IMG/VR virus record: IMGVR_UViG_3300037461_000711
Coordinates: 25,319-89,318 of that record
From: a virus
Taxonomy: Duplodnaviria > Caudoviricetes
Reading direction: 5' to 3' (one strand)
Length of the DNA: 64,000 nucleotides
In this document: positions 1 to 8,815 of the stretch, in pieces
Layout: the number at the start of each line of letters is the position of its first letter
Numbering within the stretch: the stretch's first letter is position 1
Program-made: the position numbers and the translations under genes
The notes under the pieces: model-generated
Databases searched by the model: none
What the model saw: the letters and a program-made list of their open reading frames with translations, nothing else
Told to the model about the DNA's origin: nothing

Positions 1-1029
1 CCGTTCAAACTTCAACCGTGCTGCCGACACCGTTTGCTCGTTGTAGGGGATCACGGCTTGTACTTTTTCGAACCACGTAGCCGGTTCATAGTGCTGAAAA
101 AAGTTACGGTGCTCTTTGCAGAACGTGCAGACTTTATAACGTGAATTCCTTCGTAAGTCAATAGGCTCCCCGGCTTGCCAATCAAGAGCGATGTTATTGG
201 TTCGTCTGGCAAAGGCACATTCATCCCTCTGGTTCTTGCCGCAATCGAACACCGGGTTCACAATGCCGTTTTGCTCGGTGGTTGCGGCCATGAGCCGCTT
301 GAAGATGCGCTCGTACATTCCTTTTTCGGTCATCTCAAGCGAAAAGAACGCCACGTTGAGATGAGAGAGCATACCGATTATGCCGAACTCCATAGCGCAC
401 CACGTCTTGCCGGTCTTATACGCCCCCATGATGCCGACAAGCCAGCCGCGTTCCATCAACCCAAGAAAACTGCCCAACTCACCGGGCATTTTAAAAATCA
501 GGTTTTCATTGGCTGTGAATTGTTTTTGCATAAGTGCCTCATCGAATAAATCGTGAACGTCAGAGAAGCGTTGCTCCACCTTTACGCACTCGGCCCATAC
601 TTTTTCGGCTTCGGGTACATCCCCCCTTTCAAGATGATAGAGAATATTGTGAGCGGTGATTTCGAGTTCCCTCTTCTTGAAGAATTTAATGGTTTCTTGC
701 ACAAGGTAAGGAGTGTTGCTTTCAGCCCCCTTGGTAGCGATTCGGCTGAAGATGTCATCCACCAATTGAAGGTAGTTTTCGTATTCGTCTGGTTTCAGCT
801 TGGGCTTGTGGGCTTCGATGGCAATTTTTATTCCATCGTTAATGGCCGATTCGAACCGGCTGTAGTGCTCAACGGCCCACTTGACGATCTTCTGATGAAG
901 TGGATTCTTGAAATACCCAAGGTCTATAACGTGCTGAACATCGCGGATAAATTCTGGGTTGGTCAGAGCGGCGGCAACTATCCTACTCTCTAAGGCACTA
1001 TCAATCTTCTCTATGTTGAACCGGGCCAT
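1..1029 (-). CDS. DnaB-like (SF4) replicative helicase, 3' end runs off the window
   Basis: Not in the ORF track. Manual translation from ATG at 1029 is open to base 1 (MARFNIEKIDSALESRIVAAALTNPEF...). It contains a P-loop GIMGAYKTGKT followed by VAFFSLEMT, the DnaB-type H1/H1a motifs. Confidence 0.85.
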   Translation of the reverse strand, partial: MARFNIEKIDSALESRIVAAALTNPEFIRDVQHVIDLGYFKNPLHQKIVKWAVEHYSRFESAINDGIKIAIEAHKPKLKPDEYENYLQLVDDIFSRIATKGAESNTPYLVQETIKFFKKRELEITAHNILYHLERGDVPEAEKVWAECVKVEQRFSDVHDLFDEALMQKQFTANENLIFKMPGELGSFLGLMERGWLVGIMGAYKTGKTWCAMEFGIIGMLSHLNVAFFSLEMTEKGMYERIFKRLMAATTEQNGIVNPVFDCGKNQRDECAFARRTNNIALDWQAGEPIDLRRNSRYKVCTFCKEHRNFFQHYEPATWFEKVQAVIPYNEQTVSAARLKFER

Positions 1030-1032
1030 TTT

Positions 1033-1890
1033 TTACCTGAGAGTTTCGATTTTATTCAGAGGTTTTTCGACGGTGTTAGGGGAGCGATAAAAACCCTGAT
1101 CTCTAAGCCAAACATCTAATTTTGTAAAAGTGACATCGTTCGCCAGCCAGTGAGGTTCGAATATTGCCCAATTCTTGGAGGTCTTGCAAACGCACATCAT
1201 GCCGTACACGGCACGTTCGGGGTTCTTGATGCTGAGTCGCATGGCGGGTTGAAAATATTTTTCGTGCTTGACCAAGTATTCGTGCAATCGGTTTGAGGTT
1301 TTGATGAAAGCGGCTTCGTGTTCGAGTCCTATATCTTTGTCTGATGCCGTGTGCCCCCATTTTTCTGCGGCAAAATAATTTTTTATCATGCGGGTCAGAT
1401 AGGAGTTTAATTCTTTGTAGAGGGTCTTTGGCGGGTCTTGGTAAATTTTTAGGTAACTCGTGCCGGTGTATTTATCGTAGATGAAGTGGGGGATATCGAG
1501 TGATCTTAATTTCTTTACCTGTTTGCCGCTTTTGATTGGCATGAATTCGGGGTCGTATGCAGCAAGCAGCAGATGGCTTACGGCTTTCATAATTTGGTCT
1601 GATGAATATTTTTGAACGTGAAGATGGTTCCCCTTCATGACGGCAATTAATTCAGACAAGGCTTTTTCGTGGGCATTTAATTTATTTTTTCGGCGGGGTG
1701 CTCTCAACCCTTTGCCGTCTTTGGTCTTGGTGGATTCCCAGAAATGAATTATTCGCCAAGCATATAATTCATGTCGGCTTTTTGGGGTTTCGATTATTTC
1801 ATCTTCTGGGTACAGGGTGGATTCGAATTTCGGGTGTTGAAATAAAAATAACAAATTCGGTTTCGAGGGGATCAACGGTTCGGTTTTCAT
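1033..1890 (-). CDS. hypothetical protein in the replication block (possible helicase loader or initiator)
   Basis: Long ORF between primase and helicase. ATG at 1890 overlaps the upstream stop (ATGA). Function inferred from position only. Confidence 0.6.
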   Translation of the reverse strand: MKTEPLIPSKPNLLFLFQHPKFESTLYPEDEIIETPKSRHELYAWRIIHFWESTKTKDGKGLRAPRRKNKLNAHEKALSELIAVMKGNHLHVQKYSSDQIMKAVSHLLLAAYDPEFMPIKSGKQVKKLRSLDIPHFIYDKYTGTSYLKIYQDPPKTLYKELNSYLTRMIKNYFAAEKWGHTASDKDIGLEHEAAFIKTSNRLHEYLVKHEKYFQPAMRLSIKNPERAVYGMMCVCKTSKNWAIFEPHWLANDVTFTKLDVWLRDQGFYRSPNTVEKPLNKIETLR

Positions 1891-2240
1891 ACCAATCTCC
1901 ACTCAGCGATTTTCGTGCAGAACAAGGTTTGGTTTCTGTGGAATGCTAGAGTACCTACTTCGTAGGTACTAGAATATCTAGAATATAATATAGAAAATAA
2001 TTTACGAAGTAAATTATCTAGCATTTCGAAAAACCACGAAGGACATTGATTAAGAGGGGAACCATACGACCCATATTGATGAGAAAAAGAAACCGTGGGC
2101 TTGTTGATAGAAAAAGAAAACCCCGGTCTGATCGGGGGATCAGAACCGGGGTTTGATGCTTTGGGGGGGCAAGCTGCCAGGCTTACGGGACCCGCACCCA
2201 AAGAATTAAAACGCAAATTGTCTGATGTCGTGTTATTCAT
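1887..2240 (-). CDS. hypothetical protein (may be spurious; overlaps origin-like hairpins)
   Basis: 117-aa ORF downstream of a sigma70 promoter with an ATGA overlap to the next gene; no recognisable motif. Confidence 0.35.
   Translation of the reverse strand: MNNTTSDNLRFNSLGAGPVSLAACPPKASNPGSDPPIRPGFSFSINKPTVSFSHQYGSYGSPLNQCPSWFFEMLDNLLRKLFSILYSRYSSTYEVGTLAFHRNQTLFCTKIAEWRLV
1950..2017. repeat. two 9-bp hairpins with C(GAA)G triloops on opposite strands
   Basis: AGTACCTAC-TTC-GTAGGTACT (1950-1970) and ATAATTTAC-GAA-GTAAATTAT (1997-2017). Confidence 0.8.
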
Positions 2241-2322
2241 TCTGGCAACTTTCTTGCCCGTTTGCTTAACCCAACAAGCTTTCGCTTGCCCCCAAAAAGG
2301 GTTAAGTCTTGGCTTGGTAGAG

Positions 2323-2351
2323 AATATAATTCATGCGCGTTTAAATGTCAA
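2323..2351 (-). promoter_or_regulatory. sigma70-type promoter
   Basis: Minus strand TTGACA-17 nt-TATATT. Confidence 0.7.
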
Positions 2352-2358
2352 GGGGTTT

Positions 2359-3246
2359 TTAATGACTGAAAATTTCTCGCCTGAGATGTCGCACGTCATC
2401 CAGTTTCATTTCGCCGGGGTCGCCCGATTCAAGCCGTATGACATGCGCTTCGAGATTATAGCCAGACAGTTCATAGGCCAGTTTGTCGGCTTGTTCCTGT
2501 GCTTGGGGTTCAGCGTCGAACATGACAAACACCCGCTTGTACCGTCTGAGCAACGAAAGTTGTTTGGCTGTGTAAATGACTCCATAAAGTGCCACGGCCC
2601 CAGAACCAATGCGCCATGCGTCTAACGGCCCTTCCACCACCACCACCGTATCGCTTGCCTGATCGCTGTTGTATAAAGTTTCTTTAGCAAATAGCACACT
2701 TGATTCTTTTGGCAAGTGCAAATATTTGGGAGACTTCGACACACTCACGTAGCTTCGGGTCGTAAAACTGACCACCCTGTTTTGAACCGTAATTGGAATA
2801 TACAATCTGAATTTGTATTTCGCCGTGGGGTGGAACGTCTTAACCCCATATAATTTTTCGATATACTTGTAAGCGTAGCCTCTTTCTCTCAGATACCTTG
2901 CAGCTTTGGGATTGATGAAATCTTGGGTGTTGGGTGGGTGGAATGCTGTGGTTCTCTCAGCCCCAGACCGAATGATTTTGCCGAACTCAACGGTTGAAAA
3001 CTCTGACAAAATCTGGTTTACCCGGCTCCAAGAACCCTCTACGGCAAACAGGTAATCTTTGACGCTACCTGTGGTGCCGCAGCGCCAGCAGTTGATGCCG
3101 CCGCCATCCTTAATGCCGAGGTGGTTTGAGGTGTCGTTGCAAAAGGGGCAAGCGGTTCCCACCCACCCCTGTTGCACATTCTTGCCCTCAGTCGAATATG
3201 GAATACCCCTGCTTGAGAGGTAGCCTACGATGTCAATGTTATTCAT
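2359..3246 (-). CDS. DNA primase (Zn-finger + TOPRIM)
   Basis: CPFC...H...CWRC zinc finger; TOPRIM VVVVEGPLDA and VFVMFDAE. Start placed at MNNIDIV (3246). Confidence 0.85.
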   Translation of the reverse strand: MNNIDIVGYLSSRGIPYSTEGKNVQQGWVGTACPFCNDTSNHLGIKDGGGINCWRCGTTGSVKDYLFAVEGSWSRVNQILSEFSTVEFGKIIRSGAERTTAFHPPNTQDFINPKAARYLRERGYAYKYIEKLYGVKTFHPTAKYKFRLYIPITVQNRVVSFTTRSYVSVSKSPKYLHLPKESSVLFAKETLYNSDQASDTVVVVEGPLDAWRIGSGAVALYGVIYTAKQLSLLRRYKRVFVMFDAEPQAQEQADKLAYELSGYNLEAHVIRLESGDPGEMKLDDVRHLRREIFSH

Positions 3247-3583
3247 GTTCAGGCATTCTATACACGAATCGAATATCGTTTGGACCCAACTTGTATAGCA
3301 GATCAAGCAGTGACCACGTTTTTAATTCGTCCCATGAAACTCCCCCACCGGCAGCATGAATCGCTTCGAGTAAAGAGTTCTGCATTTCAAGAATTGAGGC
3401 GATGTTTTTCTGGGTGAATTTGCCTTTGTGCTCTTCGGGGTCATATTTTGGAGTTGGCTTTTCGGCTGAGTACTTCAGTTCTTGCATTCTTTTGTAGATG
3501 GAGTCATAGCATTTCGAGCACAGGGTTATAACCGAATCGAATGACCTTTCACATTCTCGGCACATAAATTTTTTCTCTTTCAT
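3239..3583 (-). CDS. hypothetical protein with N-terminal CxxC...CxxC
   Basis: CREC...CSKC; coupled to its neighbours by short overlaps. Confidence 0.6.
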   Translation of the reverse strand: MKEKKFMCRECERSFDSVITLCSKCYDSIYKRMQELKYSAEKPTPKYDPEEHKGKFTQKNIASILEMQNSLLEAIHAAGGGVSWDELKTWSLLDLLYKLGPNDIRFVYRMPEHE

Positions 3584-3798
3584 TTTGGTCTCCTAATTAC
3601 CAATTGTTTTTTCGGTTTGCGAATGACTAAACCTCTGATCGCCAGTTTGGTGGAGTTTGCCAGTTCTTCTTTGAATAGATAGGTTTCTTGCCCCCTTTCA
3701 TCGAGCACATGCCATCCACTCATGGCTGATTTAGACAGCGTGAATATCTGGTTTTTGTACGGGCCTGAATTGACTTTTACTTTATCGCCGGGTTTCAT
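3580..3798 (-). CDS. small KOW/SH3-like protein with tandem C-terminal LVIR tags
   Basis: KPGDKVKVNSGPYKNQ resembles a KOW motif; ends GLVIRKPKKQLVIRRPK. Confidence 0.6.
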   Translation of the reverse strand: MKPGDKVKVNSGPYKNQIFTLSKSAMSGWHVLDERGQETYLFKEELANSTKLAIRGLVIRKPKKQLVIRRPK

Positions 3799-3897
3799 TA
3801 CCCTCTCCCGATATGACTAATAAACCAAAATATAATAAGAGCGACTAAGCATGTTACTAAAGAATCAAGAGTGGTTGACATTAGATGATCCCTCCTA

Positions 3898-4176
3898 TTA
3901 TTTCTCAAGTCTTTTCAGAAAAACGGTGAAGTGGGCTTTTGAAATTTCATCGGGTCTGTGGTCAAACTTTATATCACAAAGATCGGGGTATTGAGCGGTT
4001 TCATAACTCCACCCCAGAATTCTCATCATGTCATACGAAACATACCCGTACCTACAGATTATTGTTGCGGGTTTCATGGTGACTGACAGAGGGGTAACTC
4101 TATCGTTCACATAAAGTCTGTTGTCAAAGCCAAGCACCCGATCACCGGGCATAAAGGTTTCGTCTGAATTAATCAT
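3898..4176 (-). CDS. hypothetical protein
   Basis: 92-aa ORF, ATGA-coupled to the upstream gene. Confidence 0.55.
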   Translation of the reverse strand: MINSDETFMPGDRVLGFDNRLYVNDRVTPLSVTMKPATIICRYGYVSYDMMRILGWSYETAQYPDLCDIKFDHRPDEISKAHFTVFLKRLEK

Positions 4177-4463
4177 GTCTTTCTCCTAATCACCAGTTGT
4201 TTTCTTTCAGGTTGGTTGACAAGTGTGAGTTCCCCACCTTGTTTCATCATGACATAGCGATAGCCGCATTTATTGCACATAAACATTTCAATGCCGTGGA
4301 ACTGTGCGTACCGAAACAGGGTGAAATGGGTGGGGTCGTTCGGGCAGGGCACGATGCAGCTTTCGGTCATCTGAACTCCTTCGCTAATGCACTGCCTGAC
4401 CTTTCGAATTAATGCTTTTCGAATTTCAACTGGCACGTTTTCGAGAGAGGTTTTCATAACCAC
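4173..4463 (-). CDS. small Cys-containing protein with C-terminal KQLVIRRK tag
   Basis: CPND...CNKC; ends PERKQLVIRRKT. Confidence 0.6.
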   Translation of the reverse strand: MVMKTSLENVPVEIRKALIRKVRQCISEGVQMTESCIVPCPNDPTHFTLFRYAQFHGIEMFMCNKCGYRYVMMKQGGELTLVNQPERKQLVIRRKT

Positions 4464-5812
4464 CCTTCGTCTAAGTACAGACAGATTCGTTCCCCAAAGT
4501 GTTTAATGAGGTAGTTGTGGGAACTGTCGAAAAAGTCAACTATCGAAACCCGGTCTTTATCGTCGGTTCTTCGCAGTCCCCGGCCAATGTTCTGCAAGGT
4601 TACGATTTCTGATTTACCCAAGTGGGCCAGCACGATCATGTTCAGGCTCGGTATGTTGACCCCTTCTTTCCAGACCGTGGTGCAGATAGCCCCGAATAAT
4701 TTCTTTTCAATCAGCTTGGTTTTGATTTTAACCCGTTCGAGACTTGGGGTAGCACCATTGACAAAGGGTATATCCACCCCTTTCTTCATGAGTGCCGATT
4801 TAATCAGGTTGCCGTGGTCGATGCGGTTTACCATGATGAGCACGACCCGCTTGTGATGGATGTTGCTCTTAACGATAGTTGCGATTTTATCGGTTCTTTC
4901 ATCATTCTTGACGATGCCGTGTTCCACCACTTCTTCATAGCTGCGGTAGAGTTGGCGAATTCTGAAGTCCTCACTCAGCTTGATAATCTTGATCTTGGGC
5001 TTTGCAATAATGTTCAACTTGGCGGCTTCGTTGATGGTCAGTCGCGCTACGGTCGGCCCGATAAGCCCCTCTAATGCCATTTCAGCTTCTTTATTTACGG
5101 GCTTTGTGGCTGTAAAGGCCCAACGGTACGGGGCCAATAGAGTGCCCAACGCTCTGCCATAGTTGCCGTCGATGGAAGACACATGATGCCCTTCATCGAC
5201 AATGACACAATCGAAGTAGGTCATGTAGTCATCCGGGTTGTATTTGATGAAACTCTGAACGGTGGCAACCACGATGGTTTTCTTTAACGGTTGAAGGTGC
5301 CCCTCAATTATCATCTGGTGGTTCAGGTTGAATTTGTGAAGCTCCTGAGAAGTCTGCATTACAATGTCTTTGGTATGGGCAAGAATGAGGGTGCAGAAGT
5401 CTTTTGGTAGGGTGGTAATCAGGCCCATTTGCAGAATCGTTTTGCCCGACCCGGTGGGGGAAACCACCACCCCCCGCTCTGCTTTCAATGCTTGGTCGAT
5501 TAGCTTTAGTTGGTCTGGTCGAAATTCGATACCTTTCAAATCTGGGATTTTGAACTCGAACTTGGCTTTGTCAAACATGGTTGTGATCTTGGTGTTGGAG
5601 TTGGCTTTTCTCACTCGTGGAATGAACCCCGCCAAGAAATAATGATAGCCGTCTTTCTGCTTTTTGATTAGGGACTTCGAATACTCGTACCTACGCATGG
5701 CCCATTGGCCTTTGCGCCAGTACGATGCGGTGTAGCAGAGGGTGGAGGCCAGCTTCTTTGACCCCTCTTCATTCGTTCGGGCTTCGATTGGGTTTACGAT
5801 TTCTATTTTCAT
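4454..5812 (-). CDS. superfamily 2 helicase (UvsW/Res-like)
   Basis: Walker A SPTGSGKT, DEGH box, motif III TAT, motif V EGVNIPSL, motif VI QNIGRGLR. Start placed at MKIEIVNP (5812, ATGA overlap). Confidence 0.9.
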   Translation of the reverse strand: MKIEIVNPIEARTNEEGSKKLASTLCYTASYWRKGQWAMRRYEYSKSLIKKQKDGYHYFLAGFIPRVRKANSNTKITTMFDKAKFEFKIPDLKGIEFRPDQLKLIDQALKAERGVVVSPTGSGKTILQMGLITTLPKDFCTLILAHTKDIVMQTSQELHKFNLNHQMIIEGHLQPLKKTIVVATVQSFIKYNPDDYMTYFDCVIVDEGHHVSSIDGNYGRALGTLLAPYRWAFTATKPVNKEAEMALEGLIGPTVARLTINEAAKLNIIAKPKIKIIKLSEDFRIRQLYRSYEEVVEHGIVKNDERTDKIATIVKSNIHHKRVVLIMVNRIDHGNLIKSALMKKGVDIPFVNGATPSLERVKIKTKLIEKKLFGAICTTVWKEGVNIPSLNMIVLAHLGKSEIVTLQNIGRGLRRTDDKDRVSIVDFFDSSHNYLIKHFGERICLYLDEGWL

Positions 5813-6156
5813 AGTAGCTTCTTCCGAATTACGAGTTGTTTCTTCTTTTTGCGAATCACCAATTGTTTCTTTGTCTTGATCTGAATGGAGGCTGCTTGGC
5901 CCCCTACGGTGCAGTAGCAAATCTCCTTTCTCTGCCGTGCTTGGCAGACCTTGAGGTAGACCCATTGGTCCCTATCGCCACACCAGAAGATGTTAGTGGG
6001 TTCAAAGGCTTCGCAGCTTTCGTCTCCCTCATTGACGATGCTTTCTTTTACCGGGCAAACTCGGTTGATGATGATGGTCTGTTTGCCCCCGCCGATATTG
6101 ACTTTCTCTTCGACACGTTCCGCACCGTGGTACTTCAGGCACAGTTGGCAAAACAT
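5809..6156 (-). CDS. Cys-rich protein with duplicated KQLVIRKK tag
   Basis: Multiple Cys pairs; ends KTKKQLVIRKKKKQLVIRKKLL. Confidence 0.65.
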   Translation of the reverse strand: MFCQLCLKYHGAERVEEKVNIGGGKQTIIINRVCPVKESIVNEGDESCEAFEPTNIFWCGDRDQWVYLKVCQARQRKEICYCTVGGQAASIQIKTKKQLVIRKKKKQLVIRKKLL

Positions 6157-6160
6157 GGCT

Positions 6161-6394
6161 TCACCTTATGGTTTTGTGTGCGATGTTTTTCTCAAGCCAC
6201 TCTTTGTTTCTGCGTTCCTTCAAGAGGTGAGTAACCAACCACGAGAAAGAACGCTCCCTTCGAGCGGCATACTCTTTTGCCCATTCGATTAATTTAGCGT
6301 CGGATGAAAAGCTGGCTATCACCTTGCTCGATTTTGCCGATATGGTCTGGTAAATGTTCGCGTTCTTTTCTTTCTGAATGCCTTTTTTTCTCAC
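6161..6394 (-). CDS. ribbon-helix-helix (Arc/CopG-like) DNA-binding protein
   Basis: KVIASFSSDAKLIEWAKEYAARRERSFSWLVTHLLKE has the RHH strand-helix-helix pattern. GTG start at 6394 after SD GAAGGGGGAG. Confidence 0.6.
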   Translation of the reverse strand: MRKKGIQKEKNANIYQTISAKSSKVIASFSSDAKLIEWAKEYAARRERSFSWLVTHLLKERRNKEWLEKNIAHKTIR

Positions 6395-6414
6395 AGATAG
6401 CTCCCCCTTCAAAT

Positions 6415-6474
6415 AAATATTTTCTCGTGAAACAAATATTTTCTCGTTAAAATTTTCTCGTAAAATTTTCTCGT
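6415..6474. repeat. four tandem AAA(T)ATTTTCTCGT-type direct repeats, candidate operator
   Basis: Copies at 6415-6428, 6434-6447, 6449-6461 and 6462-6474, directly upstream of the RHH gene. Confidence 0.85.
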
Positions 6475-6537
6475 TGAAAATCTGAAGACCCTTATGTTTC
6501 GGGTTTTACGCAATCTTAATAATGATTAATAGAAATG

Positions 6538-6897
6538 TCAAGGGGCTAATTTTTGCAGGGTGGTGAGGGTTTTTCTGAGGGCTTCGAGAAACCTGATTTC
6601 TTCTTCTATCCATTCAACGGTTTTGGGCTGGTCAGAAAATATTTCTATCGTGTCGTTCTCAAGGTGGATTTTTCTGAGGTTGATATCCGATACGGCATCG
6701 GCAATTCTGCGGTTTTCAGAAACCATTTTCTGAAAGCGGGTGGTGGGTTCTTTCGTTTCGGGTTCCAGGTTGATGGGGGCAATGCTGTTTTGAATTCTGT
6801 CGATGTTGCTTGAGATGATTCGAACTTCGTGATCCTGTAATGGTCTGTCAATCGGTACTACCATGTTCAGGTTGATCTTGATTTCGGGGTTCGTCAT
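6538..6897 (-). CDS. hypothetical protein
   Basis: 119-aa ORF with SD AGGAGG. Confidence 0.6.
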   Translation of the reverse strand: MTNPEIKINLNMVVPIDRPLQDHEVRIISSNIDRIQNSIAPINLEPETKEPTTRFQKMVSENRRIADAVSDINLRKIHLENDTIEIFSDQPKTVEWIEEEIRFLEALRKTLTTLQKLAP

Positions 6898-7249
6898 TTT
6901 CAGCCTCCTTCAATAGGTTGATTGTGCTGGTTCTGATCTGCCAGACTTCGGCCCAACGATTATCACAAAAGCAGAAGCGTATGCCGGTATCCACAAACAG
7001 TTCGGTCTTTCTCAGGTCTTCAATCGTGCTTCTCATTCTGCCGCATGAGCATACGACAAACTGGTTCTTTTGAAGACAAATTCTGTCATAGCCTGAAATC
7101 TCATAGTTGCTGTCGATTCTGGTATAGGGATGACCCTTACCCTGGATGCCGACCCCTACTATGGATGACGTGTCGCCTGTATATAGTACGTGAAGCTCTA
7201 CGGGCTGCTGCTGGAGAACGATTTGGCCGATGGCTCTTTTTATGGACAT
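6848..7249 (-). CDS. hypothetical protein
   Basis: Start placed at MSIKRAIGQ (7249) after a GGGGG SD, just downstream of the sRNA. Confidence 0.45.
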   Translation of the reverse strand: MSIKRAIGQIVLQQQPVELHVLYTGDTSSIVGVGIQGKGHPYTRIDSNYEISGYDRICLQKNQFVVCSCGRMRSTIEDLRKTELFVDTGIRFCFCDNRWAEVWQIRTSTINLLKEAENDEPRNQDQPEHGSTD

Positions 7250-7261
7250 GGATTTGCCCCC

Positions 7262-7370
7262 TAAAAAGTGAATTGTCGCGGGGCTTCGAAACCGGGGACC
7301 ACCCCCGGTAAGGGAGGTACATCGTGGGCTAACGCACGATGGAAGCCCCGCGACAAACCTTGGATTTGTA
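7262..7370 (-). ncRNA. candidate three-way-junction small antisense RNA
   Basis: Perfect 15-bp closing stem (7273-7287/7342-7356) and two 7-bp inner hairpins (7291-7309, 7320-7341). Minus-strand unpaired segments are CGUUAGCC (loop) and UACCUCCCUU (junction). A promoter lies immediately upstream and a UUCACUUUUU tail follows. Ends are estimated. Confidence 0.75.
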
Positions 7371-7376
7371 ATGGCA

Positions 7377-7406
7377 ATTATACGGCACCAGAGCATCCAA
7401 AGTCAA
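7377..7406 (-). promoter_or_regulatory. sigma70-type promoter for the sRNA
   Basis: Minus strand TTGACT (7401-7406)-18 nt-TATAAT (7377-7382); predicted start site near 7370. Confidence 0.75.
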
Positions 7407-7487
7407 CGATTCATAGCTACCACCAAATTGAGTAACCCATTAATCCCGACCACGAACTCCTTCTTATTCGTGATCGGTGTTGATGGG

Positions 7488-7655
7488 TTAATCCGTTGCT
7501 TCGACGAAAAACTCGCATAGGTGCTCCTCAAACATATTGCATTCGAGCGAGCATTCAATGCAAGCTTCGTCCATGAGGGTTTTGGCTTCTGGGTCCGCAT
7601 TGTCGATGTAGTTTGCACAGTTGATGCATTGTTCCGAGTAGCGGCTGAATGTCAT
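7488..7655 (-). CDS. small Cys-rich protein (55 aa)
   Basis: MTFSRYSEQCINCANY...CIECSLECNMFEEHLCEFF; ATGA-coupled to the upstream gene. Confidence 0.55.
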   Translation of the reverse strand: MTFSRYSEQCINCANYIDNADPEAKTLMDEACIECSLECNMFEEHLCEFFVEATD

Positions 7656-7930
7656 GAGCATCTCCATTTCTTGACGGTGCCGATGATTTGGTCTCCATCC
7701 ATTAGAAGGGTGCTGCTGCCGATTGCCCTGGTATTGTGCATGAGAAGAAAGCAGGGCTTCCAACCCGTTGTTACCCCCACGTATCCACGCTTTGTTTCAC
7801 CGTATCTTGTTTTGACGATAATGCGCTGTCCACTACAGAAGTAGGGTATGAATTGCTTTGACAGGTCTGAATCGTCAAAATTGGGGATACGGCTTTTTTT
7901 CTCCCTCAACCAATCTTCAAAATTTCTCAT
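7652..7930 (-). CDS. hypothetical protein
   Basis: 92-aa ORF, ATGA-coupled on both sides. Confidence 0.6.
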   Translation of the reverse strand: MRNFEDWLREKKSRIPNFDDSDLSKQFIPYFCSGQRIIVKTRYGETKRGYVGVTTGWKPCFLLMHNTRAIGSSTLLMDGDQIIGTVKKWRCS

Positions 7931-8208
7931 GAGTCACCTCCAACGGCTTCTCTTACTGCAATTTCGCAGTATTCAGCGATGCCGTCTTCCCCTTTCGCTC
8001 GCAGGGCTTCACATGCGAGCATGAGGCGCTCCAGAAGTTTGGGGCTTGCGGCGATCAGTTGAGCGTTTCTGTCCAACTCACAGAAATCTTTGAAGTTGGG
8101 GTTTCCATACTTGTCTTGCCCGTAAGTGAGATAGAACGCCCCACTTGGAGTGACAATGCTTCTGCCAGCTTGCAACTTCCATGGCCCAGGCGTGTGTTTG
8201 GTTCTCAT
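7927..8208 (-). CDS. hypothetical early protein
   Basis: MRTKHTPGPWK..., an N-terminus type common in small phage proteins; preceded by the conserved leader. Confidence 0.7.
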   Translation of the reverse strand: MRTKHTPGPWKLQAGRSIVTPSGAFYLTYGQDKYGNPNFKDFCELDRNAQLIAASPKLLERLMLACEALRAKGEDGIAEYCEIAVREAVGGDS

Positions 8209-8291
8209 AGCTACCTCCCTTGGTTAGTGGTTATCCAAGGCTAATGCCTTGTGTCTATGCTCAAAGTTTCCCTTGAGCATAGGGCAAAACA

Positions 8292-8705
8292 TTACCAATT
8301 GGTTATGCGTTTTCCGGTTGCCGTACAACGCATGGGGGATGCACAAACCTTACATATTTCATTTAATCTGCAAACTAATTCGTCAAATGGTTTAAGATAG
8401 GTTTTATCGGAAAGCTGCACAACACGATTTTGTTTGTCAAGAAAAAAAGCGGAACCCATTGCCATAACAAATTCATTCAGGTTTGGATGTTTCGATAAAA
8501 TTTTTCTAGCTTCTGATTCGATCAATTTGTAGGAAATAATGTCGATCTGTTGACAATGAAAGTCGATAGTTTCCAGGGCTTTTATTTTGTTTTCTACATT
8601 GGGTTCTAAAATTGAGAGAATAAGCTCCCTATTGTCTTCAAAAAAATCTCTGTCGCTATCATAATATCCAGAAAAATCTGAGTCTTTTCTCTTTTTAATT
8701 TTCAT
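8292..8705 (-). CDS. hypothetical early protein
   Basis: 137-aa ORF with the conserved leader. Confidence 0.7.
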   Translation of the reverse strand: MKIKKRKDSDFSGYYDSDRDFFEDNRELILSILEPNVENKIKALETIDFHCQQIDIISYKLIESEARKILSKHPNLNEFVMAMGSAFFLDKQNRVVQLSDKTYLKPFDELVCRLNEICKVCASPMRCTATGKRITNW

Positions 8706-8815
8706 AGCTACCTCCCTTGTTTGTTGTTAGCTGCATTAGGGGCGTTTTATCGTGCCCTTTATCGTAAGGCATGATTACCCATGCCTTACTGTAAAAAACA
8801 CGCATACAAGCCCTC

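Noticed and set aside
175-993. Plus-strand track ORFs 175..549 and 553..993
   Set aside because: They lie antisense to the DnaB-like helicase, which has clear motifs.
7273-7356. tRNA or hammerhead ribozyme
   Set aside because: Only three stems, no T-loop GTTC or D-loop pattern, no CCA, and no CUGANGA/GAAA hammerhead core.
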